Positions 34,616 to 44,068 of a stretch of DNA of 64,000 bases are shown here, in pieces (the stretch's first letter is position 1; the number at the start of each line of letters is the position of its first letter). A program made the translations under genes and the position numbers. The stretch spans positions 3,225 through 67,224 of the forward strand of contig JAEWQS010000040.1 of NCBI GenBank assembly GCA_023399095.1. Reading direction: 5' to 3'. The DNA comes from Bacillota bacterium. GTDB lineage: Bacteria > Bacillota > Clostridia > Christensenellales > SZUA-584. Under the pieces are notes generated by a model. That model saw only the letters and a list, made by a program, of their open reading frames with translations. It did not search any database and had not been told where the DNA came from.

Positions 34616-35272
34616 TCACTTCCCCGGCCCTCTTCTTTTCCTGGCAATGATTTGCTGACGCATGATAAACCTGGCCAAATAAGCCCGATCCTGCTCCGAG
34701 CAGTTCAGAAACATAAGAACGATGTTGTGAGGATCCGTATCCACAAACGGAGTTTCGCACCTTAAAACTTCTGTTTTAAAAACCCGATCTTCCATTTCCG
34801 GCATTTTGATTTCCGCGCTGATCGATGCGCCATCCGGAAAGCTATGGAAGCAGCTTAAGAGCATGCCGTGCTCAGATATATCCACAGTTTTTGCTTTATA
34901 TACCTTAGCCTGCTCCTCTTCGTTACCATCCAAACGTTTAAGCGTGACGCTTAGCACAATGGGCAGCCGGTAGCTTTTCCGGCGCTGATACTTTTCAACC
35001 TTAGTTTGCGCTTCCAGCTCACACAGCTTGATTTGCTCTTTGATATACCAGTCAACGATCCTGGCCTCAAATGAGAACACACCATTCGGACGATAAAAGC
35101 ACATTTTGACCGTATCGTCCTTTGTCAAAGGCAATGGCACGCTCTTAATGGTTGGATGGAACACCGTAAACCGTCCGCTCCCCAAAACATCCTGCAGCTT
35201 CGTTTTCATAGACATCTCACCGAGCTGCATCTCCATATTTTCTCCGACTGTCACAATTTCATCAAACTGCAC
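34616..35272 (-). CDS. PilZ-domain flagellar brake protein (YcgR/MotI-like)
   Basis: 218 aa. N-terminal YcgR-type barrel, then PilZ motifs QRRKSYR and DISEHGMLL. Confidence 0.8.
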   Translation of the reverse strand: MQFDEIVTVGENMEMQLGEMSMKTKLQDVLGSGRFTVFHPTIKSVPLPLTKDDTVKMCFYRPNGVFSFEARIVDWYIKEQIKLCELEAQTKVEKYQRRKSYRLPIVLSVTLKRLDGNEEEQAKVYKAKTVDISEHGMLLSCFHSFPDGASISAEIKMPEMEDRVFKTEVLRCETPFVDTDPHNIVLMFLNCSEQDRAYLARFIMRQQIIARKRRGPGK

Positions 35273-35277
35273 GATAA

Positions 35278-36144
35278 TTACTCCTTAACCATTCCGCTTT
35301 TCAACACAAAACGATCGAAAAACCCGGCCAGTCCCGTTTTTTTGTGCTGCGGAACCGAAATATTAAGAAAACTATTGACCAACTTGTTGATATCGGCTGA
35401 TGCTGTGCAGTAAGGATGACTGATAAGTATCGGCACTTGCTCCTTAACGGCGCTCAGCATATAGGCATCTTGCGATATCATACCCAGCTTTTTCATCTGT
35501 ATTTCGGTATTCTTTTCGACAATGCGGATCAAACCATCCATAACCGAGGTGGCTTCCCTCACATTCTCCACTCTGTTGAGTACAAGGCTCACATTGGGCT
35601 GATAGCCTTGGCTGTTAACAATTTTGAGCAGAGCGTACGCGTCCACCACGGCAGTCGGCTCCGGCGTGGTCACTAGAATCGTATCGTGGCTCGCATGTAT
35701 CAGGCGAAGCGTATTATCATTGACACCCGCTCCCGTATCAAAGATGATGGTGTCGGACACGCTTTCAAGCGACATCACGTTTTCCATAATACGCATGAGC
35801 TGCGGTGATTCCAGCTTAGTGAGCTCATATATACCCGATCCGCCTGATATGAACTGCACACCCTCAAGCCCGACTTCAATGATTTCACTGATTTTTTTAC
35901 GGCTTTGAATCACATCCATCAGGTCGTACTTTGCCCGCACGCCTAGCATCACATCAATATTTGAAAAACCAAAATCGGTATCAATAATCAGCGCACGGTG
36001 GCCGCGCCTATTTAAAGCAATACCCAGATTCAGCGCGAGGCTGGATTTGCCGACGCCACCCTTGCCGCTTGTCACCGTCACAATTTTCATTTGCTTTTTC
36101 TTCATGTTCATCAGCATCCGCAGCTTTTCGGCCTGATCTATCAT
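35278..36144 (-). CDS. flhG: MinD-type ATPase FlhG (YlxH)
   Basis: 288 aa with the deviant Walker A SGKGGVGKS. Follows flhF. Confidence 0.85.
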   Translation of the reverse strand: MIDQAEKLRMLMNMKKKQMKIVTVTSGKGGVGKSSLALNLGIALNRRGHRALIIDTDFGFSNIDVMLGVRAKYDLMDVIQSRKKISEIIEVGLEGVQFISGGSGIYELTKLESPQLMRIMENVMSLESVSDTIIFDTGAGVNDNTLRLIHASHDTILVTTPEPTAVVDAYALLKIVNSQGYQPNVSLVLNRVENVREATSVMDGLIRIVEKNTEIQMKKLGMISQDAYMLSAVKEQVPILISHPYCTASADINKLVNSFLNISVPQHKKTGLAGFFDRFVLKSGMVKE

Positions 36145-37307
36145 AGTGCGACCTCTCGCCTTCCGACGATATTTTCCGCCAGCATCGCTGGGTTCACCTG
36201 ACTGATATCATCAGGGACATCTTGTCCCATGGTGATGTACGACAGCGATTTCTTTGCATAGTCCGTTATGTTTAAGATATTTCCCCATACCCCCACCTCA
36301 TCAAGCTTTGTGATAATCAGCTTATAGTTTGGTATAAACGCATAGTTTTGGAGAATGTTCTTGCAGACCTTGCTGCCTGTTACTACGCTGATCACAAGAT
36401 ATACCTCATCCACGTGGGCTGCTGTGATATACTCTTCGAGTTCCTTGCGGTAAGCCGCATCTGTGGCACTTCTGCCTGCCGTGTCGATGAGTATCACGTC
36501 CCTGTCCGCCATCCCGTCCACCGCTTCCTTAAGATCTTTTGCGTTGTATGCGGTTTTCACCGGAATGTCCATGATTTCGGCATATATACGCATGTGCTCC
36601 ATGGCGCCTACGCGGTATGTGTCCATATTCACTAAGCCGATGTTCAAATTCTGATCCAGTGCGAGGCGCCCTGCGAGCTTCACAAGCGTCGTCGTTTTGC
36701 CTGCCCCTGTGGGCCCTGCAAAGAGCAGCACCGTCTGGGCATATTTCTTCAATTTGATCGGCATGGGTTCGCCAAGCTTGTCAATCACAAGCTGCCTGGC
36801 TACAGCACTTAATTCGATAGATTGTTTAAGCGAAACCCCATGCGTCAGCAGCGCAATTTCTTTGGCGAGATCTTCGTTAACATCTCTGTCGAGCATCTGC
36901 TGGTATAGCCCTTGCACCTCAGACGGAAGCGGCGTCGCGTCTTCTTTTGTCGTGCCAATTTTTTTGGAGATATCCGTCACCAGACCCTTTAAGGACTCAA
37001 TCTGGGCCTCAAGCGGCGCGATTTTTGATTCGGCATCGCGCGTCTGAATAACCGGTGCTTCATCGGCTCGGGCCGGGTTTTTGGCAGCCGGAGCTTTAGG
37101 TGTTTCCGTCGTCTTTGGCGGAGCAAGCTCAAAGCTCCTCCTTGGCTCGTATGCGGCAACCACCTCGAAATTCTTCTTAAAAAGCCCGGAAATACCTTTT
37201 CCCCGCACCGTTTTGCTGTCGAGAATCACCGCGTCGGGCCCGAATTCCTTTTTTATTTTTTTTAAGGCATCCTGCATATCTCGCGCGGTAAATCTTTTTA
37301 CAAACAC
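36141..37307 (-). CDS. flhF: SRP-type GTPase FlhF
   Basis: 388 aa: GPTGAGKTTT, DTAGR, TKLDE motifs. Confidence 0.9.
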   Translation of the reverse strand: MFVKRFTARDMQDALKKIKKEFGPDAVILDSKTVRGKGISGLFKKNFEVVAAYEPRRSFELAPPKTTETPKAPAAKNPARADEAPVIQTRDAESKIAPLEAQIESLKGLVTDISKKIGTTKEDATPLPSEVQGLYQQMLDRDVNEDLAKEIALLTHGVSLKQSIELSAVARQLVIDKLGEPMPIKLKKYAQTVLLFAGPTGAGKTTTLVKLAGRLALDQNLNIGLVNMDTYRVGAMEHMRIYAEIMDIPVKTAYNAKDLKEAVDGMADRDVILIDTAGRSATDAAYRKELEEYITAAHVDEVYLVISVVTGSKVCKNILQNYAFIPNYKLIITKLDEVGVWGNILNITDYAKKSLSYITMGQDVPDDISQVNPAMLAENIVGRREVAL

Positions 37308-39350
37308 CTATATACTCACCGTCCAGTCTGAATAAATTTCCACATTTGATTCCAGCTCGTTGTACGAAAGCACGACAAGCTCTGGATAAACTTGCGACGA
37401 CAGATTTTTAATATGCTTTCGTATCTGCGGCGAAGTAATCATGATGGGCGCAATCCCAAGACTTAAGAAGTGATCGATACCCTTCTTAAGATTGTTCAAA
37501 AACACTTGAATCTGAGCCGGATCCATCGGTGTAACCACGCCCTTGTCCGATTGGCGCAGACTGTTTGAGATCACCTTTTCTGTATCTGGGTTCAGTGTGA
37601 TCACACGCGCCTTGCCGTCGGGTATGAAGCCTCTCGTTATCGCACGTTTGAGCTTCTGACGAACATATTCAGTTAACACATCCGTATCCCTTGTTATCGT
37701 ACCATAATCGCCCAATATTTCCAATATGGAAGCAATGTCACGAATCGATACATTTTCACGCAGCAGGTTTGCCAGCACCTTTTGCAATTCGCCGATGGAG
37801 AACACCTTGGGCACCACTTCCTCCACAAGTGCGGGCTGCTGCTTTTTCAAATTGTCGATAATCGTCTGAACCTGCTGGCGACCCAGCAGCTCGTCCGCAT
37901 GGCGTTTGATAACTTCCATCAGATGGGTGGAAATCACAGACGGGACATCGATTGTGGTATAGCCTTTCAGCTCCGCCTTTTCGCGGTCTTTCTCTGTTAT
38001 CCAGAGCGCGGGCAGGCCAAAGGTGGGCTCCACTGTTTCAATGCCGTCGATGGGTTCATCCACTTCCTCAGGCTTGAGCGCCAGATACCGCCCCAGCATC
38101 ACCTCACCGCGCGCCACATCCAGCCCCTTGATCTTGATCACGTATTCCTTGGTGCCCAGCTGTATGTTGTCACGCAGCCGCACGATAGGCACAATGATGC
38201 CAAGATCCAGCGCACATTGCCGCCTGATCATCACCACGCGGTCGAGCAAATCGCCGCCCTGCGAAGCGTCCACGAGCGAAATCAGCCCATAGCCAAACTC
38301 CATTTCGATAAGATCCACATGCAGCAGCGACGTGACGTTCTCAGGCTTGCGTTTTTCGGTCGCGCTGATTTCCGCTTCAGATTGTATCTCCGCCTCCTGC
38401 TGCTTCTTTTCTTTGCGGTTTCTCAAATAGCCGATAACCGGCAACGCCACAGCCATAACAAGGATAAGCGGCGTAGGCAGACCGGGAATAAAACTGATCA
38501 GAGCCAGCATGCCGCCGAGAACGTAGAACACATAGGGCTGACTGAACAGCTGCTTGGACAGGTCCTGACCGAAACTGTTCTTGGTGGCGGAACGAGTCAC
38601 AATAATACCCGTCGCCGTTGAAACAAGCAGTGCGGGAATCTGGCTGCAAAGTCCGTCGCCCACAGTGGCGAGCGTATATACCGAAATCACCTGATCAAAC
38701 GGCATCACCTTGCCGCCCACACCCAAAACGCCCACAAGGATACCACCCACCACATTGATGATGGTGATGATAATACCCACGATGGCATCGCCCTTAACGA
38801 ACTTGGACGCACCGTCCATCGCGCCGTAAAAGTCTGCTTCGCGCTGAATGTCTGAACGGCGTTCTCTTGCCTGATCTTCGTTGATAATGCCCGAGCTCAA
38901 GTCCGCGTCAATTGCCATCTGCTTGCCCGGCATCGCATCCAGGGTGAAACGGGCGGCCACTTCAGACACCCGCTCGGCACCCTTGGTGATAACCACAAAC
39001 TGCACGATAACGATGATCAGAAACACGACAAAGCCGACAACTAAATTGCCGCCCACCACGAAGGTACCGAATGCTTCAATCACGTTGCCAGCGTCGCCGC
39101 CGTTGCCGAGTATCAGACGTGTCGATGAAATGTTGAGCGCAAGCCGGAACAGCGTCACAATCAGCAGCATTGTGGGATATGTGGAGAAATCGAGTGTCCG
39201 TTTTGTGTACAGCGTAATCAGCAATATCATCAGCGACATCGTGATATTGACGATTAATAAGAAGTCCATCAGTCCTGCAGACAACGGAATGATAATCAGC
39301 AGTATAATGGCCAATACCAGCACGGCCACGAGAATATCCGTAATCTTCAA
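37308..39350 (-). CDS. flhA: Flagellar export apparatus protein FlhA
   Basis: 680 aa: FVVITKGAERVSEVAARFTLDAMPGKQMAIDADL. Confidence 0.95.
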   Translation of the reverse strand: MKITDILVAVLVLAIILLIIIPLSAGLMDFLLIVNITMSLMILLITLYTKRTLDFSTYPTMLLIVTLFRLALNISSTRLILGNGGDAGNVIEAFGTFVVGGNLVVGFVVFLIIVIVQFVVITKGAERVSEVAARFTLDAMPGKQMAIDADLSSGIINEDQARERRSDIQREADFYGAMDGASKFVKGDAIVGIIITIINVVGGILVGVLGVGGKVMPFDQVISVYTLATVGDGLCSQIPALLVSTATGIIVTRSATKNSFGQDLSKQLFSQPYVFYVLGGMLALISFIPGLPTPLILVMAVALPVIGYLRNRKEKKQQEAEIQSEAEISATEKRKPENVTSLLHVDLIEMEFGYGLISLVDASQGGDLLDRVVMIRRQCALDLGIIVPIVRLRDNIQLGTKEYVIKIKGLDVARGEVMLGRYLALKPEEVDEPIDGIETVEPTFGLPALWITEKDREKAELKGYTTIDVPSVISTHLMEVIKRHADELLGRQQVQTIIDNLKKQQPALVEEVVPKVFSIGELQKVLANLLRENVSIRDIASILEILGDYGTITRDTDVLTEYVRQKLKRAITRGFIPDGKARVITLNPDTEKVISNSLRQSDKGVVTPMDPAQIQVFLNNLKKGIDHFLSLGIAPIMITSPQIRKHIKNLSSQVYPELVVLSYNELESNVEIYSDWTVSI

Positions 39351-40420
39351 GCTCTTCCTCCCATTTTTTTCATGCGGTATACATAGGCCAGCACTTCCGC
39401 CACGGCTTTATACATATCTTCGGGAACCTCGTCTCCCACCTCGCAAAAGAAGTACAGAGACTGCGCCAGAGGCTTGTTTTCCACGATTTGTATGTTTTCT
39501 TCTTTTGCTTTTTCCTTTATCTTCTGCGCCAGAAAATCCTTACCCTTGGCAACAATCACCGGCGCTGTGCTCTTGCCTTCTTTGTATTCCAGCGCAACCG
39601 CGTAATGCGTGGGGTTGGTTATCACCACATCCGCGTCTTTCACTGCCTGCACCATGCGCATGCGGCTCATCTGCCGCTGCTTTTGCGCAATTCTTCCCTT
39701 TATCTGCGGATTGCCTTCGGTGAGCTTGTATTCGTCCTTGACCTCCTGCTTTGTCATCATGAGGTCTTTGTTATGCTTCCACCGCTGATATATGTAGTCG
39801 AACGGAGCAAATATCGCAAAGGCAATGGCGAGGTTGAATGCGACTGTCAATATCATCTCCACAAAGCTCGCCGTGGCCATGCTCACGTCCTGCCCCATCA
39901 GTCCTTTGAATTCCTCGATGTGTCCTTCATACTCGTTGTATGCAACAATGGCGAGTATCGCGATTTTGATGATCGACTTGACAAGATCAATCAGCGTTCT
40001 TTTGGAGAAAATTCGTTTAAATCCCGAGATTGGATTGATCCGGTCAAACTTAGGCGCCAGCGCTTTGGTTGAGAAAATGAATCCCACCTGCACCAGATTA
40101 AACACCACACCCGCCACAAAAGTGGCCACCAGTATAGGCGCGATAATGCCGATAAACATCCAGACCGCATCACCGAACATACTGACCACAGCCGCAACTC
40201 CAAAATCGTCAGGCACCTGCATGGTGAAAAAGTAATGCAGCAGTTTTTTTATATTTTCAACGATCGTCCTTCCGAAAACAGCCAGCACACCGAACATCAC
40301 GAGCATCGATAGGGCGGTGTTGATTTCGACGCTTTTGAATATCTGCCCTTTTTCCCTTGCTTCTCGCTTTCGTCGCGGTGTGGCTTTTTCTGTTTTTTCT
40401 CCTGAAGGCTGAGGGCTCAT
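39347..40420 (-). CDS. flhB: Flagellar export apparatus protein FlhB
   Basis: 357 aa: GEKTEKATPRRKREAREKGQ. NPTH autocleavage motif present (VVITNPTHYAVAL). Confidence 0.95.
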   Translation of the reverse strand: MSPQPSGEKTEKATPRRKREAREKGQIFKSVEINTALSMLVMFGVLAVFGRTIVENIKKLLHYFFTMQVPDDFGVAAVVSMFGDAVWMFIGIIAPILVATFVAGVVFNLVQVGFIFSTKALAPKFDRINPISGFKRIFSKRTLIDLVKSIIKIAILAIVAYNEYEGHIEEFKGLMGQDVSMATASFVEMILTVAFNLAIAFAIFAPFDYIYQRWKHNKDLMMTKQEVKDEYKLTEGNPQIKGRIAQKQRQMSRMRMVQAVKDADVVITNPTHYAVALEYKEGKSTAPVIVAKGKDFLAQKIKEKAKEENIQIVENKPLAQSLYFFCEVGDEVPEDMYKAVAEVLAYVYRMKKMGGRA

Positions 40421-41202
40421 GGCGCAAGCCCCGCAATCATCTTATCGATTGAGGCGTACATACGCTCAAACAGCACGTCCGAGAAGGAAACAAACACCGG
40501 TATCATTATGAAAAGCATCATTAACCCCAACACGATTTTTAAGGGTATGCCTACAACAAACACGTTCAGCTGCGGTATGGCTCTCACGATAAACCCCAGT
40601 GCGACTTCACCAAGCAGACCTGACGCGATGAGAGGCATTGCCACGCTGGCCGCAAGCACAAACGCGAGCGCAAACACCTCAAGCGCCGTGAGCCCGATAA
40701 TCGGATTCAAGGCCACCTGTCCGGGCGGGATGCGGCTGAACGTCGCAAGCAGCATCCGGATGAGCTGTAAATGGCCGTTCACGCCGAAGAACACAACGAG
40801 CAGTATAGCGTTAAACAGGTTGCCGCTCACCGGCACGCTGATGTTTGAGTTCACGTCAAACACGTTGACCATACCAAAGCCCATCTGCATATCCATGATC
40901 TGCCCCGCCGTCTGCACCACCGAGAAGAACAGCGTGGTCACATATCCAAGCACCAATCCAAAGAGCAGCTCTTTGACGCACAGCAGTCCAAACTCGATAG
41001 GGCCTGAATACTGAACTGATAATGCTGCCGGATTCGCCGAGAAAACGACATAAGTGATCATAAGACACATGCCGATTTTAAGCATATTGGGCAGCGCTTT
41101 TCTGCCGAATATGGGTGAGGCCATCAGCAGCGTGCTCACCCTGATAAACATCAATATGAAGGAGTCAAGGTTGGCCTCAATTGTGCCCAGTACTTGTTCC
41201 AT
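40417..41202 (-). CDS. fliR: Flagellar export apparatus protein FliR
   Basis: 261 aa polytopic protein; synteny fliQ-fliR-flhB. Confidence 0.9.
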   Translation of the reverse strand: MEQVLGTIEANLDSFILMFIRVSTLLMASPIFGRKALPNMLKIGMCLMITYVVFSANPAALSVQYSGPIEFGLLCVKELLFGLVLGYVTTLFFSVVQTAGQIMDMQMGFGMVNVFDVNSNISVPVSGNLFNAILLVVFFGVNGHLQLIRMLLATFSRIPPGQVALNPIIGLTALEVFALAFVLAASVAMPLIASGLLGEVALGFIVRAIPQLNVFVVGIPLKIVLGLMMLFIMIPVFVSFSDVLFERMYASIDKMIAGLAP

Positions 41203-41211
41203 CTCATCCTT

Positions 41212-41481
41212 CTATTTCAGCATCGTATCCACGTAACCGTACATACGGTGAGTGAAATCTGTTAGATTGGTCAGCATCATACCGGCAAAAACGAGCAGCA
41301 CAACGAGTATCGCTACGATTTTCGGCACAAAGGCCAGCGTTTGTTCGTTGATCTGTGTTGTCGCCTGAAATATCGAAATAATGAGGCCCACAACCATCGC
41401 GACGATTAGAATTGGCGCAGCGACGGTGATGATCGTCATCACGCCATCCTGCATGACTGTGATAACTTCTGCTTGATCCAT
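41212..41481 (-). CDS. fliQ: Flagellar export apparatus protein FliQ
   Basis: 89 aa: ISIFQATTQINEQTLAFVPKI. Confidence 0.9.
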   Translation of the reverse strand: MDQAEVITVMQDGVMTIITVAAPILIVAMVVGLIISIFQATTQINEQTLAFVPKIVAILVVLLVFAGMMLTNLTDFTHRMYGYVDTMLK

Positions 41482-41530
41482 CCTTTATGACCTCCTTTTG
41501 CTTAGCTCAAAAGCTCTTAAGTTTTCGGTG

Positions 41531-42370
41531 CTAGCCGAAGCTGGATATCAGCGTTTGCACAGTCAGCATCCACCCGTCCACGAGGACAAACAGCAGCACC
41601 TTAAACGGCAGTGATATCACGATAGGCGGCAGCATCATCATGCCCATCGACATGAGCACGCTCGCCACAATCATATCCAGCACGATAAACGGGATGTAGA
41701 GCAAAAAGCCGATCTGGAATCCGCGTTTGATCTCACTCGTAATAAAGGCGGGGATCAGCGCCGTATTGGACACATCCTCTATGTTTTCTACATCCTTGTC
41801 CGCACTCGATACGGAAATAAAATAATTAAGGTCGCTTTTATATGTTTGCTCCATCATAAACTCACGGACAGGCTCCATCGCGCGTTCAAAAGCTTCATCA
41901 TCCGTGATCTTATTTTCGATATACGGTTGATAGGCGTTCACATTGATGTCGTCAATGACCGGAGACATCACAAAAAACGTAAGAAAAAGCGCAAGGCCGA
42001 TCAGTACCTGATTGGGCGGCATCTGCTGCAAACCCAGCCCGTTTCTTATCAACGAAAGCACGATGATAATCCGCGGAAAGCATGTCAGCATGATAAGAAT
42101 GGAGGGCAGCAGCGACAGTATCGTCAGCAGCAGCACGATATCCACTGTCTCGCTGCGGTCTCCGAGCAATCCGCCGAGTACGGAGTTGTCATCGTCTGCC
42201 CGTGTGCCGGTTCCTGTCTCATTTGTATCTGAAATCGCCGAGCAGCCCGCCATCAGAAAAACAAGCGCGAGACATAGAATAACAGCAAGCACAATTTTCA
42301 TTTTAAACCGACGATGCCGCCGTTTTTTCAGCGGCGGCTGTAATGGCAAGCTATTCATCCATTTCCTCAT
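41531..42370 (-). CDS. fliP: Flagellar export apparatus protein FliP
   Basis: LLTILSLLPSILIMLTCFPRIIIVLSLIRNGLGLQQMPPNQVLIGLALFLTFFVM. The start is probably the ATG at 42358, after GAGGAA. Confidence 0.9.
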   Translation of the reverse strand: MRKWMNSLPLQPPLKKRRHRRFKMKIVLAVILCLALVFLMAGCSAISDTNETGTGTRADDDNSVLGGLLGDRSETVDIVLLLTILSLLPSILIMLTCFPRIIIVLSLIRNGLGLQQMPPNQVLIGLALFLTFFVMSPVIDDINVNAYQPYIENKITDDEAFERAMEPVREFMMEQTYKSDLNYFISVSSADKDVENIEDVSNTALIPAFITSEIKRGFQIGFLLYIPFIVLDMIVASVLMSMGMMMLPPIVISLPFKVLLFVLVDGWMLTVQTLISSFG

Positions 42371-42854
42371 TGTTGTTTTTGGAATTTTTTCTTCTTTCTA
42401 TCGCACGGGTCATCTGTTCAATATAATCTTCCTCAACGGCATCACGGGGCGCGGCCTCTTCCCTCTTCTTTTGCCTTGAACCCATGCGCGCCTTGGCAAG
42501 CTCATTCGGTGCGTTTTTTGCATTGGACAAAATTTGAGCAAATTTAGAGAAAGGGCTTGTCCCGGGCGGGCTTGCCGGCTCATTTTCGATTTCTGACAAA
42601 TCGCCGATATTCACTTCGCCAATAGAATTGATGTTTTGATTGGTCACACCGATCAGTATACATTTATCCCCCACCTTGGTCAGCAGCAGCGATTTATCCT
42701 TCGCGATGCCCATACGGTCAAGGATGACGATATGCTTGCTTTTGATGATGCGTCTTGTTTTATTGGAAAGGTATTTGGTTGTGAAATAAGCCGCGAGCAG
42801 CACGGCTATCATGATGATAACATAAAAAAGCGCAGACCACCAACTGTCGCCCAT
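42351..42854 (-). CDS. fliO: Flagellar biosynthesis protein FliO/FliZ
   Basis: 167 aa, single TM, then KHIVILDRMGIAKDKSLLLTKVGDKCILIGVT. Sits upstream of fliP. Confidence 0.7.
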   Translation of the reverse strand: MGDSWWSALFYVIIMIAVLLAAYFTTKYLSNKTRRIIKSKHIVILDRMGIAKDKSLLLTKVGDKCILIGVTNQNINSIGEVNIGDLSEIENEPASPPGTSPFSKFAQILSNAKNAPNELAKARMGSRQKKREEAAPRDAVEEDYIEQMTRAIERRKNSKNNNEEMDE

Positions 42855-42929
42855 TGAGCTTCCCCCTTCAGTCTACACTTTATATACCCTTATTGAATTG
42901 TGTGAAACAGATTTTATGTTAGCAGAAAA

Positions 42930-43223
42930 TTACACCTGCATGTTCATGACTTCTTTGTAGGCACTGATCACTTTGTTTCTGATCTGTATAGCGAGGTCTA
43001 GTGCAAGCTCCGCTTTTTGCGCCTCCATTACCGGCGTATGAAGGTCATCCGTTTCCCCCGTAAGCAACGCAGCATTTTCATCCTGCACGGAGCCTTCCGA
43101 GTCCTGCGCGCTGTTAATTGCTTCGCTTAAAATATCTGTAAAGCTGCTTTCGCTTTGCGGTTTCTTAGCGCTGCCAATTGAATCTAATCTGGATACGATG
43201 TCGCTGATTCCGTTTATCTGCAT
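42930..43223 (-). CDS. fliE: Flagellar hook-basal body complex protein FliE
   Basis: 97 aa: SFTDILSEAINS...LHTPVMEAQKAELALDLAIQIRNKVISAYKEVMNMQV. Confidence 0.8.
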   Translation of the reverse strand: MQINGISDIVSRLDSIGSAKKPQSESSFTDILSEAINSAQDSEGSVQDENAALLTGETDDLHTPVMEAQKAELALDLAIQIRNKVISAYKEVMNMQV

Positions 43224-43240
43224 AGTTTATCGTTCCTTTC

Positions 43241-43663
43241 TTAGCCGCTGATCTCAAGCGCCTTGGCTGCCATGTTCTTGGTCGCGTTAAGCGCCGTCAC
43301 GTTGGCCTCATATGAGCGCGTGGCTGCCATCAAATCGATGATTTCCTCGGTTTCATCCACGTTAGGATAAGCCACATAACCATCCGCATTCGCATCGGGG
43401 TTCGTTGGATCATAATCATATTCGAAATCGGATGAATCCTCTACAATTCGCGTCACCATGACGCCGCCGCCTGTGGCTGATTTGAGCGCATCAGCAAATC
43501 CGGCGGGCTTTTCACCCATCGACACCACTCTTCTGCGATACGGTCCGCCGTTGTCTGTGCGTGTGGTGTCCGCATTGGCGATATTCTCACTGATTACATT
43601 CATGCGTACGCGCTGGGCTGTTAAGGCCGACGCGCTGATATCAAGCGATGATAAAAATCCCAT
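43241..43663 (-). CDS. flgC: Flagellar basal-body rod protein FlgC
   Basis: 140 aa: LDISASALTAQRVRMNVISENIANADTTRT; C-terminus EEIIDLMAATRSYEANV. Confidence 0.9.
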   Translation of the reverse strand: MGFLSSLDISASALTAQRVRMNVISENIANADTTRTDNGGPYRRRVVSMGEKPAGFADALKSATGGGVMVTRIVEDSSDFEYDYDPTNPDANADGYVAYPNVDETEEIIDLMAATRSYEANVTALNATKNMAAKALEISG

Positions 43664-43669
43664 AATACA

Positions 43670-44068
43670 CTACTCCACTTTATTAATTGCTGAGTTGAGC
43701 TTTCTGAATTCGCTGGACACCTGCTCAATCAGCGTATTGTAATAGATCGTATTCTTGGCCAATTCCGCATTCTCATAGTCGATATCCACGTTGTTGCCGT
43801 CCAGTCCATTGGACGTTCCTTCATTGGTTGTGACTGTGGCTTCCAGACTTTGCGACTTAAAATCGATATGCTTTTCGCGCGTCTTTCTGGCGGCAAAGCT
43901 TTCACCATTAAGTGCCGACTTAAACATTGATTCAAACGAGACGGATGAGCTCTTGAAGTTTGGCGTATCCACGTTGGCGATGTTGTTGGAAATCACCTGG
44001 TTTTTAAGCCACGACGCATCCAGCCCTTTTTGCAAAACACCCACGTTGTTGAAAATTTTATCGATCAT
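43670..44068 (-). CDS. flgB: Flagellar basal-body rod protein FlgB
   Basis: 132 aa: LDASWLKNQVISNNIANVDTPNFK. Confidence 0.9.
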   Translation of the reverse strand: MIDKIFNNVGVLQKGLDASWLKNQVISNNIANVDTPNFKSSSVSFESMFKSALNGESFAARKTREKHIDFKSQSLEATVTTNEGTSNGLDGNNVDIDYENAELAKNTIYYNTLIEQVSSEFRKLNSAINKVE

